Under the pieces are notes generated by a model. The model did no database searches. It had not been told where the DNA came from and worked only from the letters and a program-made list of their open reading frames with translations. From an uncultured Alphaproteobacteria bacterium (GTDB lineage Bacteria > Pseudomonadota > Alphaproteobacteria > Rhodobacterales > Rhodobacteraceae), in NCBI GenBank assembly GCA_902619165.1, contig CACNDI010000013.1, forward strand, positions 1,843 through 65,842: a DNA stretch of 64,000 bases. Direction: 5' to 3'. Positions 41,128 through 51,606 of the stretch are shown piece by piece; position 1 is the stretch's first letter; the number at the start of each line of letters is the position of its first letter. Position numbers and translations under genes: made by a program.

Positions 41128-42060
41128 ATGAATCTAGTTACTATTTTTGGTGGCTCCGGCTTCTTGGGCCGGTACTTAGTGAGACAATTAGCTTCTAAGG
41201 GCTATTTCATACGAGTTATTACGCGTCACCCAAATGAAGCTCTTTTTTTGAAGGTCTACGGTAAAGTGGGTCAAATACAGTTGCTTAGAGGAGATATAAA
41301 AGAAGAGCAAAAGCTAGGGGGTTATATAAGAGAATCAGATTGTGTAATCAATTGTGTAGCGACTTTTTTTGAAACACGTTCACAGTCTTTTAACAATCTC
41401 CATGTTAACGCAGCTAGAAATTTGGCTCGAGAGGCAAAGAGGCATAGAGTAAATCAATTTATTCATATATCATCCTTAGGTGCATCGTCCAAATCAAACA
41501 GTCTTCTGCTTAAGTCAAAGGGTGCTGGCGAAGAAGCCGTTCTTGATTGCTTTCCAGATGCCAATATCATCAGACCGTCTTTAATATTTGGAAATGAGGA
41601 TACATTTTTCAATAGGTTTGCAAAATTATCCTCAATTAGTCCATTTATTCCAGTTGTAGGGGCGAGTACAAAGTTTCAGCCGGTATATGTTGATGATGTA
41701 GCCAAAGCTATAACTTTATTGGTCGAATCTGATCAGCGGAAGAGATATCTAGATTTAGGAGGAGACGAAATATACACATTTAGAGAGCTCATTGAGATGT
41801 TGTTATCTGAAATTAAAAGGAAAAGGTTTATACTATGTATACCTTTTTTACCGGCAAGGATAATTGCTGCGACAAATGATTTTTTCCGGTTAATATCAGG
41901 CGACATTGTACCAGCCTTTCTAACCTTGGCACAGGTGAAAAGTCTAGAGAACGATAACTTGGTAGAATTGAAAACCGAGAAGTTTTCAGATTTAGGCATA
42001 AAGCCAAAGAAACTGAAAATAATTTTACCAAATATTGTTAATCGTTTTAAGCGTGGTTAA
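41128..42060 (+). CDS. NAD(P)-binding epimerase/dehydratase-fold protein, complex I NDUFA9-like
   Basis: VTIFGGSGFLGRYLVRQLASKGYFIRVITR Rossmann motif. Its 310-aa length and layout resemble alphaproteobacterial NDUFA9 homologues. Confidence 0.65.
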   Translation: MNLVTIFGGSGFLGRYLVRQLASKGYFIRVITRHPNEALFLKVYGKVGQIQLLRGDIKEEQKLGGYIRESDCVINCVATFFETRSQSFNNLHVNAARNLAREAKRHRVNQFIHISSLGASSKSNSLLLKSKGAGEEAVLDCFPDANIIRPSLIFGNEDTFFNRFAKLSSISPFIPVVGASTKFQPVYVDDVAKAITLLVESDQRKRYLDLGGDEIYTFRELIEMLLSEIKRKRFILCIPFLPARIIAATNDFFRLISGDIVPAFLTLAQVKSLENDNLVELKTEKFSDLGIKPKKLKIILPNIVNRFKRG

Positions 42061-42839
42061 AAATATAATGCTGTTAGCAAAGCTAATCCGAGCAGGAGCC
42101 TGTAGATTACATAGGGAGTGAAAGAAAGAAGTTCTCCAAAGAACACAAAGAACTTTAGAGCTAAATAGGAAAAAATGAATGAAAATATTGTTGCATAGAA
42201 AAAAATTTCTATATCAATTTCGTATGGGCTACTAAAAAATTTGAGTCCAATGTAGCCACTCGAAATTACTATCGCTGGTATACTTAATACGGCAGAAATA
42301 ATAATTGCTTCTTTTCTGCCATAATTTAAAAATCGTGCGCCAGTTATAGAGGCGCCAGATCTGCTCGTTCCAGGAAAGGCAGCAAAAGATTGCCAAATGC
42401 CTATAACCAAAACATCTCTCGCCGTAATATCAGAAAATTTGCGTTGGCTTTGTTTTCTGTCTGATACAAAAAGTAACAGAGCGAATATTAAATTGGAGAA
42501 CGCTATTATCTCTACTTGTCTTGATAGATCAAGAAGACGAGCATATTCTAAGAATAAAGCCATAAATACAAGTGGAAACGTTGCTAAAAATAATAAAAAA
42601 ACTGATTTACTCACACCATTCTTTATCAAAACATTGTTCATATGTTCCTTTAGGGGTTTTGAAACTAACAAAATAACTGCTAATAGGCTGCCAACATGCA
42701 TTGCAATGTCTAGGCTTAAATCATTCTTTACACCAATCACAAAGTTGTTGTAAAGAACTAGGTGGGCGGAAGAAGAAACCGGCAAGAACTCTGTTGCGCC
42801 CTGTATAAGAGACAAAACAAAAACGTGAAAAATGGTCAT
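42057..42839 (-). CDS. uppP: undecaprenyl-diphosphate phosphatase (BacA/UppP)
   Basis: QGATEFLPVSSSAHL and PGTSRSGASITGA in a polytopic membrane protein. Confidence 0.9.
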   Translation of the reverse strand: MTIFHVFVLSLIQGATEFLPVSSSAHLVLYNNFVIGVKNDLSLDIAMHVGSLLAVILLVSKPLKEHMNNVLIKNGVSKSVFLLFLATFPLVFMALFLEYARLLDLSRQVEIIAFSNLIFALLLFVSDRKQSQRKFSDITARDVLVIGIWQSFAAFPGTSRSGASITGARFLNYGRKEAIIISAVLSIPAIVISSGYIGLKFFSSPYEIDIEIFFYATIFSFIFSYLALKFFVFFGELLSFTPYVIYRLLLGLALLTALYF

Positions 42840-43015
42840 CTTTAAGCCATAAACATTAGTTTTTTTGATAATGTACAGTAAACCATTGGGTCTTTCTATG
42901 CTTTTTCAACAAGAAAATCGTAAACAATACAAATTATAAACTTTCTTTTCTTTTGTTGAAAACTATATTAAAAAGTCTCCTCAGAAAGACAATAAGATAA
43001 AAAAGTAAAAAGCGA

Positions 43016-46000
43016 ATGAAGATTTTTGATAAGAAACGCAATAAGATGGAAGGTCTCTACGATCCTCGAAATGAACACGACTCCTGTGGCTTGGGATTTA
43101 TCGCCAATATAAAGGGAAGAAAAAGTAACGACATCATTAAAAAAGGAATTTTTATACTTGAGAACCTTGAACATAGAGGGGCCACAGGAGCAGATCCTTT
43201 AGTGGGCGACGGAGCAGGAATGCTCACGCAAATTCCACACGAAATGTACAAAGAAGAGATGGAAAAATTAAGTTGTTTTCTTCCTGATCTCGGCTGCTAT
43301 GGCGTAGGTATGTTTTTTTTCCCAAAAGAAGTCAAATATCACACGCTCATAAAAGACATAATCGTTAAGTTTAGTGAAGAACAAGGTATAAAATTATTAG
43401 GCTGGCGCAATATTCCCGTAAACAATGAGTGTTTGTCAAAGGACGAAGAAATTCGTGGAGCTGAACCCATGCACGTGCAAGGCTTCTTCAAAAAACCTGA
43501 GGGTATGAGCGAGGATGACTTTGAAAGAAATCTCTACGTACTAAGAAAAAAAACAACCAACAAAATTTATAAAGAACTGGGGAGTGAAGAGTCATATTAC
43601 GCGGTTTCCCTGTCATCACGAACGGTTGTTTATAAAGGCATGTTCTTAGCTGACCAGTTGGCTAAATATTATTTAGATCTCCAAGACGTTCGATATGTGT
43701 CCGCCTTGGCTTTAGTACACCAAAGATTTTCAACAAACACCTTTCCTTCATGGAGATTAGCACATCCCTATAGAATGGTCGCTCATAATGGAGAGATAAA
43801 CACCAGTAGAGGTAATGTAAACTGGATGGCAGCAAGGCAAGCAGGTTTGAAATCATACCTTCTTGGAGAAGATCTGAACAACATATGGCCCATAACAAGG
43901 GAAGGTCAATCCGATACTGCGTCGTTTGATAACGCTATTGAATTATTATATCAGGGTGGATACCCTCTTCAGCATGCTTCGATGATGCTGATCCCTGAGG
44001 CTTGGGCTGGAAATCCACTAATGGATAGAAAACGCAAATCTTTTTACGAATTTCATGCTTCTATAATGGAACCTTGGGATGGCCCAGCTGCTATCGCTTT
44101 TACAGATGGAAAAAAAATTGGAGCTACCTTAGATAGAAATGGATTAAGGCCAGCAAGATATTTTGTTTCTGAAGACGATACTGTCGTATTAGCTTCCGAG
44201 GCTGGAACGCTGCCAGTTGATGAGAGCAAAGTGATTACGAAGTGGCGATTGCAACCTGGAAAGATGCTTCTGATTGATATGGAGGCAGGAAAGATTATTA
44301 CAGACGAAGAAGTAAAAGCAAACCTTATTAATGAGTTGGATTATGAAAGCATTTTGAATAATACACAGATTGTTTTAGAGGACTTAGAATCAGATGAAAT
44401 ACAGAAAGTCTCTTTATCAGAGACCAATCTTTATTCGGGTCAGAAAGCGTTTGGTTATACTCAGGAAGACTTAAAGACACTTATGTCTCCAATGGCATTA
44501 ACCGGCCAAGAAGCTATTGGCTCAATGGGTACAGACACGCCCATTTCTGCAATATCCAACAAAAAGAAATTACTTTATACATATTTTAAACAAAACTTTG
44601 CACAGGTAACGAATCCCCCAATTGACCCCATTCGCGAGGAGTCAGTCATGAGCTTAGTATCTTTTATTGGTCCAAGACCAAATATTTTTGATAATAAATC
44701 TTTGGGTAGTGTGAAAAGGTTAGAGGTTAAACAACCGATTCTAACAAATGAGGATATGCAAAAGATTAGAAAGATAAGTGAGATTGGTGACAACCATTTT
44801 GTATCAAGAGTTTTAGATACTACCTTTGGCAAGAATACGGGTTATTCAGGTTTTGAAAAGTGTTTGGAGAATGTATGCATAGGGTCGGAGAATGTAGTTA
44901 GAGAGGGCGGTAATATTATAGTGCTATCCGATAGGCAGTTTGGTAAAGATAGAATTGCTTTGCCCGCTCTATTAGCCATTGCGTCGGTACATCATCATTT
45001 AATAAGGAAAGGATTGCGAACATCCGTTGGATTGGTGGTGGAATCAGCAGAGCCTCGAGAGGTCCACCACTTTGCAGTATTAGCAGGTTACGGAGCAGAG
45101 GCTATAAATCCATACATGGCTTTTGACACTATATTAGATCTTAAAAAAAAGGACATGTTGTCTAAAGATGTAAGTGAGACAGAAGCGGTTAGTAGATATA
45201 TAAAGTCAATTAACAAAGGGCTTTTAAAAGTTATGTCTAAGATGGGTATTTCAACTTACCAATCATACTGTGGAGCACAGATTTTTGATGCAGTCGGGTT
45301 ATCAGAGGAATTCGTGAGCAAGTATTTCAAGGGAACTTCTACTCAAATCAGCGGAGTTGGAATAAATGAAATAGCAAAGGAAACGATCAGTCGTCATGAA
45401 GAAGCATATTCAAACTTAGAAGTTTTAAGAGACTCTCTAGATGTCGGGGGTGATTACGCTGTAAGAAAAAGAGGAGAAGTACATGCTTGGAGTTCAGATG
45501 AAATTACGAACCTTCAACATGCTGTAAGAAGTAATTCTTTCGATACATTTAAAGAATATTCAACGTCCATGGATGAGCAAGAAGAAAGATTGTTCACAAT
45601 AAGAGGCTTATTTAGGCTTAAAGAGTCAAGTGAAACGGGCAGAAATAGTATTAAAATTGATGAGGTTGAGCCGGCCAAGGAAATTGTAAAACGATTTGCC
45701 ACTGGAGCAATGTCGTACGGATCAATATCCGCAGAAGCGCATGAGAACCTAGCCATAGCCATGAATAGGATTGAGGGAAAATCGAACACAGGTGAGGGCG
45801 GTGAAGAAGTAGAGCGTTTTTCTACTGATAATAATGGCAATAACAGACGGTCTGCAATAAAACAAGTAGCATCTGGTAGATTTGGTGTAACAACAGAATA
45901 CCTAGTAAATTCTGACATGATTCAGATTAAAATGGCGCAAGGAGCAAAGCCGGGTGAAGGAGGTCAGCTTCCTGGTCACAAGGTAGACGCTGTCATTGCA

Positions 46001-47677
46001 AAGGTCCGCCATTCTACTCGAGGGGTTGGACTTATCTCTCCCCCGCCGCATCACGATATTTATTCAATAGAAGATTTAGCGCAACTTATATTCGATCTTA
46101 AAAACGTCAACCCAAAAGCAGATATATCAGTGAAATTAGTATCTGAGGTTGGGGTAGGTACTGTAGCTGCTGGAGTGGCTAAAGCAAAAGCGGACCATGT
46201 TACTATTTCGGGTATGGAGGGTGGTACTGGGGCAAGCCCCCTGACCTCGGTGAAACATGCCGGCTCACCCTGGGAACTGGGTTTGGCAGAAACACACCAA
46301 ACTTTAATGAAAAATAAGCTTAGATCTCGGATATCGGTCCAAGTGGATGGTGGGCTGAGGACCGGGAGAGATGTTGTTATTGGAGCATTATTAGGCGCGG
46401 ATGAGTTTGGTTTTTCAACAGCCCCATTAATTGCTTCAGGTTGCATTATGATGCGTAAGTGTCACCTGAATACCTGCCCTGTGGGAATCGCAACTCAAGA
46501 CCCAGTTTTGAGAAAACGATTTGTAGGAACGCCAGAGCATGTTGTGAATTTTTTCTTCTTTATTGCAGAAGAGGTAAGAATACTAATGAGTAAATTAGGT
46601 TTCAAAAAATTTGATGAGATGATTGGTCAAATTGATGTGCTTGATAGGAAAAAAGCAATTAAACATTGGAAAGCAAAGGGGCTCGATTTCTCAAAGCTGT
46701 TTTTTGATCCAAAGATGGGCGATGGAGTACCAAAATTTAATTGTGAAAGACAGCAGCATCCAATTAAAGATATTCTGGACAGGCAGCTAATTGAAATGTC
46801 AAAAGATACGTTGCTGAATAAAAAACCCATCAAAATAAAGCTGCCGATTTATAATTATAATAGATCTACTGGAGCAATGCTTAGTGGAGAGGTCGCACGT
46901 ATTTTTGGACATAGAGGTCTCCCAGAGGATTCAATACAAATCTCTTTTAAGGGTACAACGGGTCAAGCATTTGGAGCATGGTTATCGAGAGGAGTTACAC
47001 TAGAAGTAGAAGGCGAAGCAAATGATTATGTTGGAAAAGGATTATCAGGGGGAAAGATAGTAGTATACCCTCCAAAAGAGGCAAAAAATATTGTTCCTGA
47101 AGATTCGATCATAGCAGGAAATACGATTCTTTATGGTGCTATTGACGGAGAATGCTATTTGAGAGGCATAGTTGGAGAAAGGTTTGCTGTTAGAAATTCT
47201 GGAGCTACCGCTGTCGTTGAGGGAGTAGGTGATCATGGTTGTGAGTATATGACAGGTGGTATAGTAGTCGTTTTAGGAAAAACAGGCCTTAATTTCGCAG
47301 CAGGTATGTCTGGAGGCATAGCATATGTTTTGGACGAAGATGGCACCTTTAAAAATAGATGTAATTTGGCAATGGTAGAGCTTGAGCCGGTACCAGAAGA
47401 GGATGATCTATTAGAATCTGAGCACCATCACGGTGGCGACTTTGAACACCATGGTCGCGTGGATATATCGAGTGATATGACCAGATATGATGAAGAAAGG
47501 CTGAGAAACATAATTTCTAGACACTTAAAGTTTACTCAATCAGACCTAGCAAAAAAGATTTTAGACGATTGGGATAATTTTAGGCCTAAATTTTTAAAAG
47601 TCATGCCTACGGAATACAGAAGGGCGTTGGAAGAAATAAAGGCTGAAAAGCTCAATAATATCGTAGCTGCAGAATAG
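43016..47677 (+). CDS. gltB: glutamate synthase (NADPH) large subunit
   Basis: 1553 aa with the Ntn amidotransferase start ...EHDSC-GLGFIA, the FMN/Fe-S domain (GEGGE, SPPPHHDIYSIEDL, CIMMRKCHLNTCPVGIATQ) and the C-terminal GXGXG beta-helix domain. ATG at 43046 is an alternative start. Confidence 0.95.
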   Translation: MKIFDKKRNKMEGLYDPRNEHDSCGLGFIANIKGRKSNDIIKKGIFILENLEHRGATGADPLVGDGAGMLTQIPHEMYKEEMEKLSCFLPDLGCYGVGMFFFPKEVKYHTLIKDIIVKFSEEQGIKLLGWRNIPVNNECLSKDEEIRGAEPMHVQGFFKKPEGMSEDDFERNLYVLRKKTTNKIYKELGSEESYYAVSLSSRTVVYKGMFLADQLAKYYLDLQDVRYVSALALVHQRFSTNTFPSWRLAHPYRMVAHNGEINTSRGNVNWMAARQAGLKSYLLGEDLNNIWPITREGQSDTASFDNAIELLYQGGYPLQHASMMLIPEAWAGNPLMDRKRKSFYEFHASIMEPWDGPAAIAFTDGKKIGATLDRNGLRPARYFVSEDDTVVLASEAGTLPVDESKVITKWRLQPGKMLLIDMEAGKIITDEEVKANLINELDYESILNNTQIVLEDLESDEIQKVSLSETNLYSGQKAFGYTQEDLKTLMSPMALTGQEAIGSMGTDTPISAISNKKKLLYTYFKQNFAQVTNPPIDPIREESVMSLVSFIGPRPNIFDNKSLGSVKRLEVKQPILTNEDMQKIRKISEIGDNHFVSRVLDTTFGKNTGYSGFEKCLENVCIGSENVVREGGNIIVLSDRQFGKDRIALPALLAIASVHHHLIRKGLRTSVGLVVESAEPREVHHFAVLAGYGAEAINPYMAFDTILDLKKKDMLSKDVSETEAVSRYIKSINKGLLKVMSKMGISTYQSYCGAQIFDAVGLSEEFVSKYFKGTSTQISGVGINEIAKETISRHEEAYSNLEVLRDSLDVGGDYAVRKRGEVHAWSSDEITNLQHAVRSNSFDTFKEYSTSMDEQEERLFTIRGLFRLKESSETGRNSIKIDEVEPAKEIVKRFATGAMSYGSISAEAHENLAIAMNRIEGKSNTGEGGEEVERFSTDNNGNNRRSAIKQVASGRFGVTTEYLVNSDMIQIKMAQGAKPGEGGQLPGHKVDAVIAKVRHSTRGVGLISPPPHHDIYSIEDLAQLIFDLKNVNPKADISVKLVSEVGVGTVAAGVAKAKADHVTISGMEGGTGASPLTSVKHAGSPWELGLAETHQTLMKNKLRSRISVQVDGGLRTGRDVVIGALLGADEFGFSTAPLIASGCIMMRKCHLNTCPVGIATQDPVLRKRFVGTPEHVVNFFFFIAEEVRILMSKLGFKKFDEMIGQIDVLDRKKAIKHWKAKGLDFSKLFFDPKMGDGVPKFNCERQQHPIKDILDRQLIEMSKDTLLNKKPIKIKLPIYNYNRSTGAMLSGEVARIFGHRGLPEDSIQISFKGTTGQAFGAWLSRGVTLEVEGEANDYVGKGLSGGKIVVYPPKEAKNIVPEDSIIAGNTILYGAIDGECYLRGIVGERFAVRNSGATAVVEGVGDHGCEYMTGGIVVVLGKTGLNFAAGMSGGIAYVLDEDGTFKNRCNLAMVELEPVPEEDDLLESEHHHGGDFEHHGRVDISSDMTRYDEERLRNIISRHLKFTQSDLAKKILDDWDNFRPKFLKVMPTEYRRALEEIKAEKLNNIVAAE

Positions 47678-47707
47678 CCTCTAATTTAGAATATAAGGGA
47701 AGTTGAG

Positions 47708-49141
47708 ATGGGTAAGGTTACTGGATTTTTAGAAATAGATAGGCAAGATAGAAAATATAGGCCTGCGTCAGATAGAATAAGAAATTTTAGGGAGTTTATA
47801 ATACCACTTCCAGAGCAGGTCATAAGAGACCAAGCCAGCAGATGTATGGAATGTGGGATTCCTTTTTGTCATGACATGAAGGGCTTGAAAGGGTGTCCCG
47901 TTAATAATCAGATCCCGGATTGGAATGATTTGGTTTATAGGGGTGAATGGGAACAGGCTTCGAAAGACTTACATTCCACCAATAATTTTCCAGAATTTAC
48001 AGGAAGAATATGCCCTGCGCCATGCGAAGCTTCATGTACGCTAAATATTGTTGATAGTCCAGTAACAATAAAATCCATAGAGTGTTCTATAGTTGATAAG
48101 GCATGGGACAATGGATGGATAAAACCACAAATTAATCAAAACAAGACGAACAAAAAAATAGGAATAATTGGGTCTGGCCCAGCAGGGCTTGCAGCTGCTC
48201 AACAATTAGCCAGAGCAGGTCATGATGTAATAATTTATGAAAAAAATAAAAAGATGGGCGGTCTTCTTAGATATGGAATTCCTGATTTTAAAATGGAAAA
48301 AACTCATATCGACAGAAGGCTAGAGCAATTATCAGCTGAAGGAGTTCACTTCCAATGTGGTGTGGAGCTAGGTGTAGATATTGAAATTAATGATATGATA
48401 AAGGAGCACGATGCTTTGATCTTAGCCTGTGGGGCTGAAAAACCACGTGACCTAGACATTGAAGGGCGTAACGCGAACGGGATCCATTTCGCGATGGATT
48501 TTTTACCTCAGCAAAACAGAAGGGTAGGCAAAGAGACGCTCGAGGGTTTAGAAGAGATAACAGCAGATGGTAAACACGTCGTTGTTATTGGTGGAGGGGA
48601 CACGGGTTCAGATTGCATAGGAACATCAATTCGCCAAGGTGCATTGTCTGTCACACAGCTAGAGATTATGCCTGCTCCGCCTGAAAGGGAAGACAAGATG
48701 CTAACATGGCCAAATTGGCCTCTCAAGATGAGAACCTCTTCGAGTCAAGAAGAGGGAGCAGATAGAGAATTTTCAGTATTAACAACATCTTTTGGGGTTG
48801 AAAATGGTAAAATCAGTTCTTTAAATTGTATTAGGGTCAATGAGAAATTTGAAAAAATAGAAAACTCTGAGTTTGAAATTAAAGCGGATTTGGTATTACT
48901 GGCCATGGGTTTCGTTTCACCCATTACAGATGGGATTTTTAAAAATACTGAAGTATCCCTGGATAAGCGTGGAAATGTGTTAGCGGATGATAAATCTTAC
49001 GAAACTTCTCTTAATAAAGTGTGGGTAGCTGGTGATATGCGACGTGGTCAGTCTCTTGTTGTGTGGGCAATAAGAGAAGGCAGGCAAGTTGCGAAATCAG
49101 TAGACAAGGCATTGATGGGCTACAGTAGTCTCTCAGACTGA
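47708..49141 (+). CDS. gltD: glutamate synthase (NADPH) small subunit
   Basis: [43 protein letters not shown] and [11 protein letters not shown]. Confidence 0.95.
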   Translation: MGKVTGFLEIDRQDRKYRPASDRIRNFREFIIPLPEQVIRDQASRCMECGIPFCHDMKGLKGCPVNNQIPDWNDLVYRGEWEQASKDLHSTNNFPEFTGRICPAPCEASCTLNIVDSPVTIKSIECSIVDKAWDNGWIKPQINQNKTNKKIGIIGSGPAGLAAAQQLARAGHDVIIYEKNKKMGGLLRYGIPDFKMEKTHIDRRLEQLSAEGVHFQCGVELGVDIEINDMIKEHDALILACGAEKPRDLDIEGRNANGIHFAMDFLPQQNRRVGKETLEGLEEITADGKHVVVIGGGDTGSDCIGTSIRQGALSVTQLEIMPAPPEREDKMLTWPNWPLKMRTSSSQEEGADREFSVLTTSFGVENGKISSLNCIRVNEKFEKIENSEFEIKADLVLLAMGFVSPITDGIFKNTEVSLDKRGNVLADDKSYETSLNKVWVAGDMRRGQSLVVWAIREGRQVAKSVDKALMGYSSLSD

Positions 49142-49173
49142 GGAAAAAAATTGTCCTATTTAGATAATATTTT

Positions 49174-49860
49174 GTGTGCGATATTAAAAATTTAGCATAC
49201 AAAACTACTAGATTTATCATACTATTATGTGTGTTCTTTATATTTTTGTCCGTCTCAACCGTTCTTTTACTTAGATTTTTTAATCCTCCTTTTACTAGCT
49301 TTATGGTTTTGGAGAGCAATTTTTTTCAAAGAAAAATAGAGTACAGTTGGACTCCAATTTCAAACATGGGCGAAAATATCGCCCTTTCAGTGGTTGCAAC
49401 AGAAGATTCTAATTTTTGTAACCATTTAGGACTAGACATAAAAGAGATTTACAAAGTAATTACAAAAAAGGAAAAAAGAGGCGCGTCAACGATAACTCAA
49501 CAACTTGCTAAAAATCTTTTTTTATGGTCTGGAAGATCTTGGTCAAGAAAAATTATAGAATTGTACTTTACCTTTTTGATAGAGATCATTATTCCAAAAA
49601 GAAGAATTCTCGAAATATATCTAAACACTGTTGAGACAAGCCTGCTGACATTTGGTGTTAATCAAGCTTCAGATAAGTATTATAACAAGCCAGTAAATAA
49701 ACTCACCAGAGAGGAATCAGTCCGAATTGCGTTGACGCTTCCAAATCCAAAGACTCGAAGCCCCAAAAAGCTGAAGTCTAATTTTACAGTAAGAATTTCA
49801 CGATTAAAAAAAGATATCAATTTCCTAAAAAAAGATGACAGATCAAGCTGTTTTTTATAA
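49174..49860 (+). CDS. mtgA: monofunctional biosynthetic peptidoglycan transglycosylase
   Basis: N-terminal transmembrane helix, then ATEDSNFCNHLGLD and GASTITQQLAKNLFLW glycosyltransferase-51 motifs. Confidence 0.85.
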   Translation: MCDIKNLAYKTTRFIILLCVFFIFLSVSTVLLLRFFNPPFTSFMVLESNFFQRKIEYSWTPISNMGENIALSVVATEDSNFCNHLGLDIKEIYKVITKKEKRGASTITQQLAKNLFLWSGRSWSRKIIELYFTFLIEIIIPKRRILEIYLNTVETSLLTFGVNQASDKYYNKPVNKLTREESVRIALTLPNPKTRSPKKLKSNFTVRISRLKKDINFLKKDDRSSCFL

Positions 49861-49892
49861 TTATAAATGGATTAGAGTAAGGTTTATTAACT

Positions 49893-50564
49893 ATGAGAAA
49901 ACTCCACCATTTAGCACTCTCACCATTCTGTCGAAAAGTAAGGCTGGTTTTGGCAGAAAAAAAACTTGAAGTTGAATTAATCGATGAACCCGTTTGGGAA
50001 AAAAGATTGGATTTCATAAGATTTAGTCCTTCCGGTAAAGTGCCATTATTAAAAGAAGGATCTAATGTATATACGGAGAGCACTCCTATATGTGAGTATT
50101 TGGATGAATCTCACCCAATTCCAAAACTTATTCCGGCTGACAAGAAGCTAAGGTTCGAGACAAGGAGGGTAACCTCTTGGTTCGATGATAAATTTTATAA
50201 TGAAGTTACAAAAAACTTACTTAATGAGAGAGTTTACAAAAAGATTTTTAAAATAGGTCAACCTGATAGTAGTGCAATAAAAGAAGGCCTTAAGAAAATA
50301 AAGTTTCATTTTGATTATTTGGAATGGCTTTTGGAAAAAAGAAATTGGGTAGCTGGGGAGAAAATGTCACTAGCTGATTTTTCAGCTGCCGGACATATTT
50401 CGGCACTAGATTATGTAGGAGATATTGATTGGCAGTCTAAGCCAATAATAAAAGAATGGTATGCAAAAATTAAATCGAGGCCTGCTTTTAGAAATGCAGG
50501 TTTGCTAACGGACTTAGTTCCTGGCTTTGTGCCGGCAGGTCACTATAGTGACTTAGATTTTTAG
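49893..50564 (+). CDS. glutathione S-transferase family protein
   Basis: LSPFCRKVRLVLAEKKLEVELI...GKVPLL thioredoxin-like N-domain and a helical C-domain (SLADFSAAGHISALDY). Confidence 0.8.
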   Translation: MRKLHHLALSPFCRKVRLVLAEKKLEVELIDEPVWEKRLDFIRFSPSGKVPLLKEGSNVYTESTPICEYLDESHPIPKLIPADKKLRFETRRVTSWFDDKFYNEVTKNLLNERVYKKIFKIGQPDSSAIKEGLKKIKFHFDYLEWLLEKRNWVAGEKMSLADFSAAGHISALDYVGDIDWQSKPIIKEWYAKIKSRPAFRNAGLLTDLVPGFVPAGHYSDLDF

Positions 50565-50565
50565 T

Positions 50566-51606
50566 ATGGAAATATTGGATTTTAAATCACAACTTCAGCA
50601 GATAGCTTCTGATGCAGGTTTTTCTGCCGTTGGTATAACCGATCCTCTCAAAGTTGATCAAACAATAAAAGAAAGATTTAGGGACTTCATTAAAAATGAT
50701 TGGAATGCTGGTATGGATTGGTTGGAGAAAAGGATCAACGATCGAATAGCACCGGAAAATTTGTGGCCAAGTGTTAAATCAATTTTAGTATTTACAGATG
50801 ACTATACTCCATCAGAAGACCCTTTAAAAAAATTGATGGATAAAGAATTATCTAATATCTCAGTTTATGCCACGAAAAGAGATTATCATAAAGTAGTCAA
50901 ATCTAAGCTAAAGATCGTAGCCTCTTGGGTAAAAAAAAAATTAGACTGTGAGCTAAAAATATTTGTTGATACTGCTCCTGTTATGGAAAAACCTTTAGCA
51001 CAACTATCTGGCTTGGGTTGGCAAGGCAAACATACAAATTTGGTGAGTAGAAATATGGGAAATTGGTTTTTTATCGGTGTAATGTACATAGATAAATCAT
51101 TACTTGCAGATGAACCAGAGCAAGATAATTGTGGATCTTGTACCAAGTGTCTGGATATTTGTCCCACTAATGCTTTTGAGGGTCCATATAAACTGGATGC
51201 TAGAAAATGCATTGCGTATCTCACTATCGAACACAAGGGCGCTATAGATAAACAATTTAGAGCATCAATTGGCAACAGAGTTTTTGGATGCGATGATTGT
51301 TTAGCTGTCTGTCCCTGGAATAAATTTGCACAAATAAGCAGAAATGAGAATTATAGAGAAACTTTTTCTGACTTAGCTTTGGAGAAAGCTCTAACCTTTT
51401 CAGATGGTGACTTCAGGAATTATTTTAGTGGAACCGCAATAAAAAGATTAGGATCAGATAGATTTTTAAGAAATGTAATATATGCGATGGGAAATAGTGG
51501 AAAAAAAGAATACATAACATTACTGGAGGGTTTTAAAAGTCATTCTGTAGATTTTATATCTGAAGCAGCTATTTGGTCTATCTCTGAGTTAAAAAAAAAT
51601 GAATAA
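50566..51606 (+). CDS. queG: epoxyqueuosine reductase
   Basis: CGSCTKCLDICPTNAF, CIAYLTIEHKG and CDDCLAVCPWNKF (two 4Fe-4S motifs). Confidence 0.9.
   Translation: MEILDFKSQLQQIASDAGFSAVGITDPLKVDQTIKERFRDFIKNDWNAGMDWLEKRINDRIAPENLWPSVKSILVFTDDYTPSEDPLKKLMDKELSNISVYATKRDYHKVVKSKLKIVASWVKKKLDCELKIFVDTAPVMEKPLAQLSGLGWQGKHTNLVSRNMGNWFFIGVMYIDKSLLADEPEQDNCGSCTKCLDICPTNAFEGPYKLDARKCIAYLTIEHKGAIDKQFRASIGNRVFGCDDCLAVCPWNKFAQISRNENYRETFSDLALEKALTFSDGDFRNYFSGTAIKRLGSDRFLRNVIYAMGNSGKKEYITLLEGFKSHSVDFISEAAIWSISELKKNE

Noticed and set aside
42840-43015. Glutamine or other nitrogen riboswitch, or an sRNA, upstream of gltB
   Set aside because: I could find no conserved riboswitch core sequence or stable stem in this A/T-rich gap. 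It looks like plain promoter and leader DNA.
47420-47455. His-rich segment EHHHGGDFEHHG near the GltB C-terminus, as a possible inserted metal-binding tag
   Set aside because: It is in frame and contiguous with conserved flanking sequence. From memory, similar HH..D.E.HG.VD segments occur in other alphaproteobacterial GltB proteins, so it is probably a family feature rather than an insertion. I could not verify this here.
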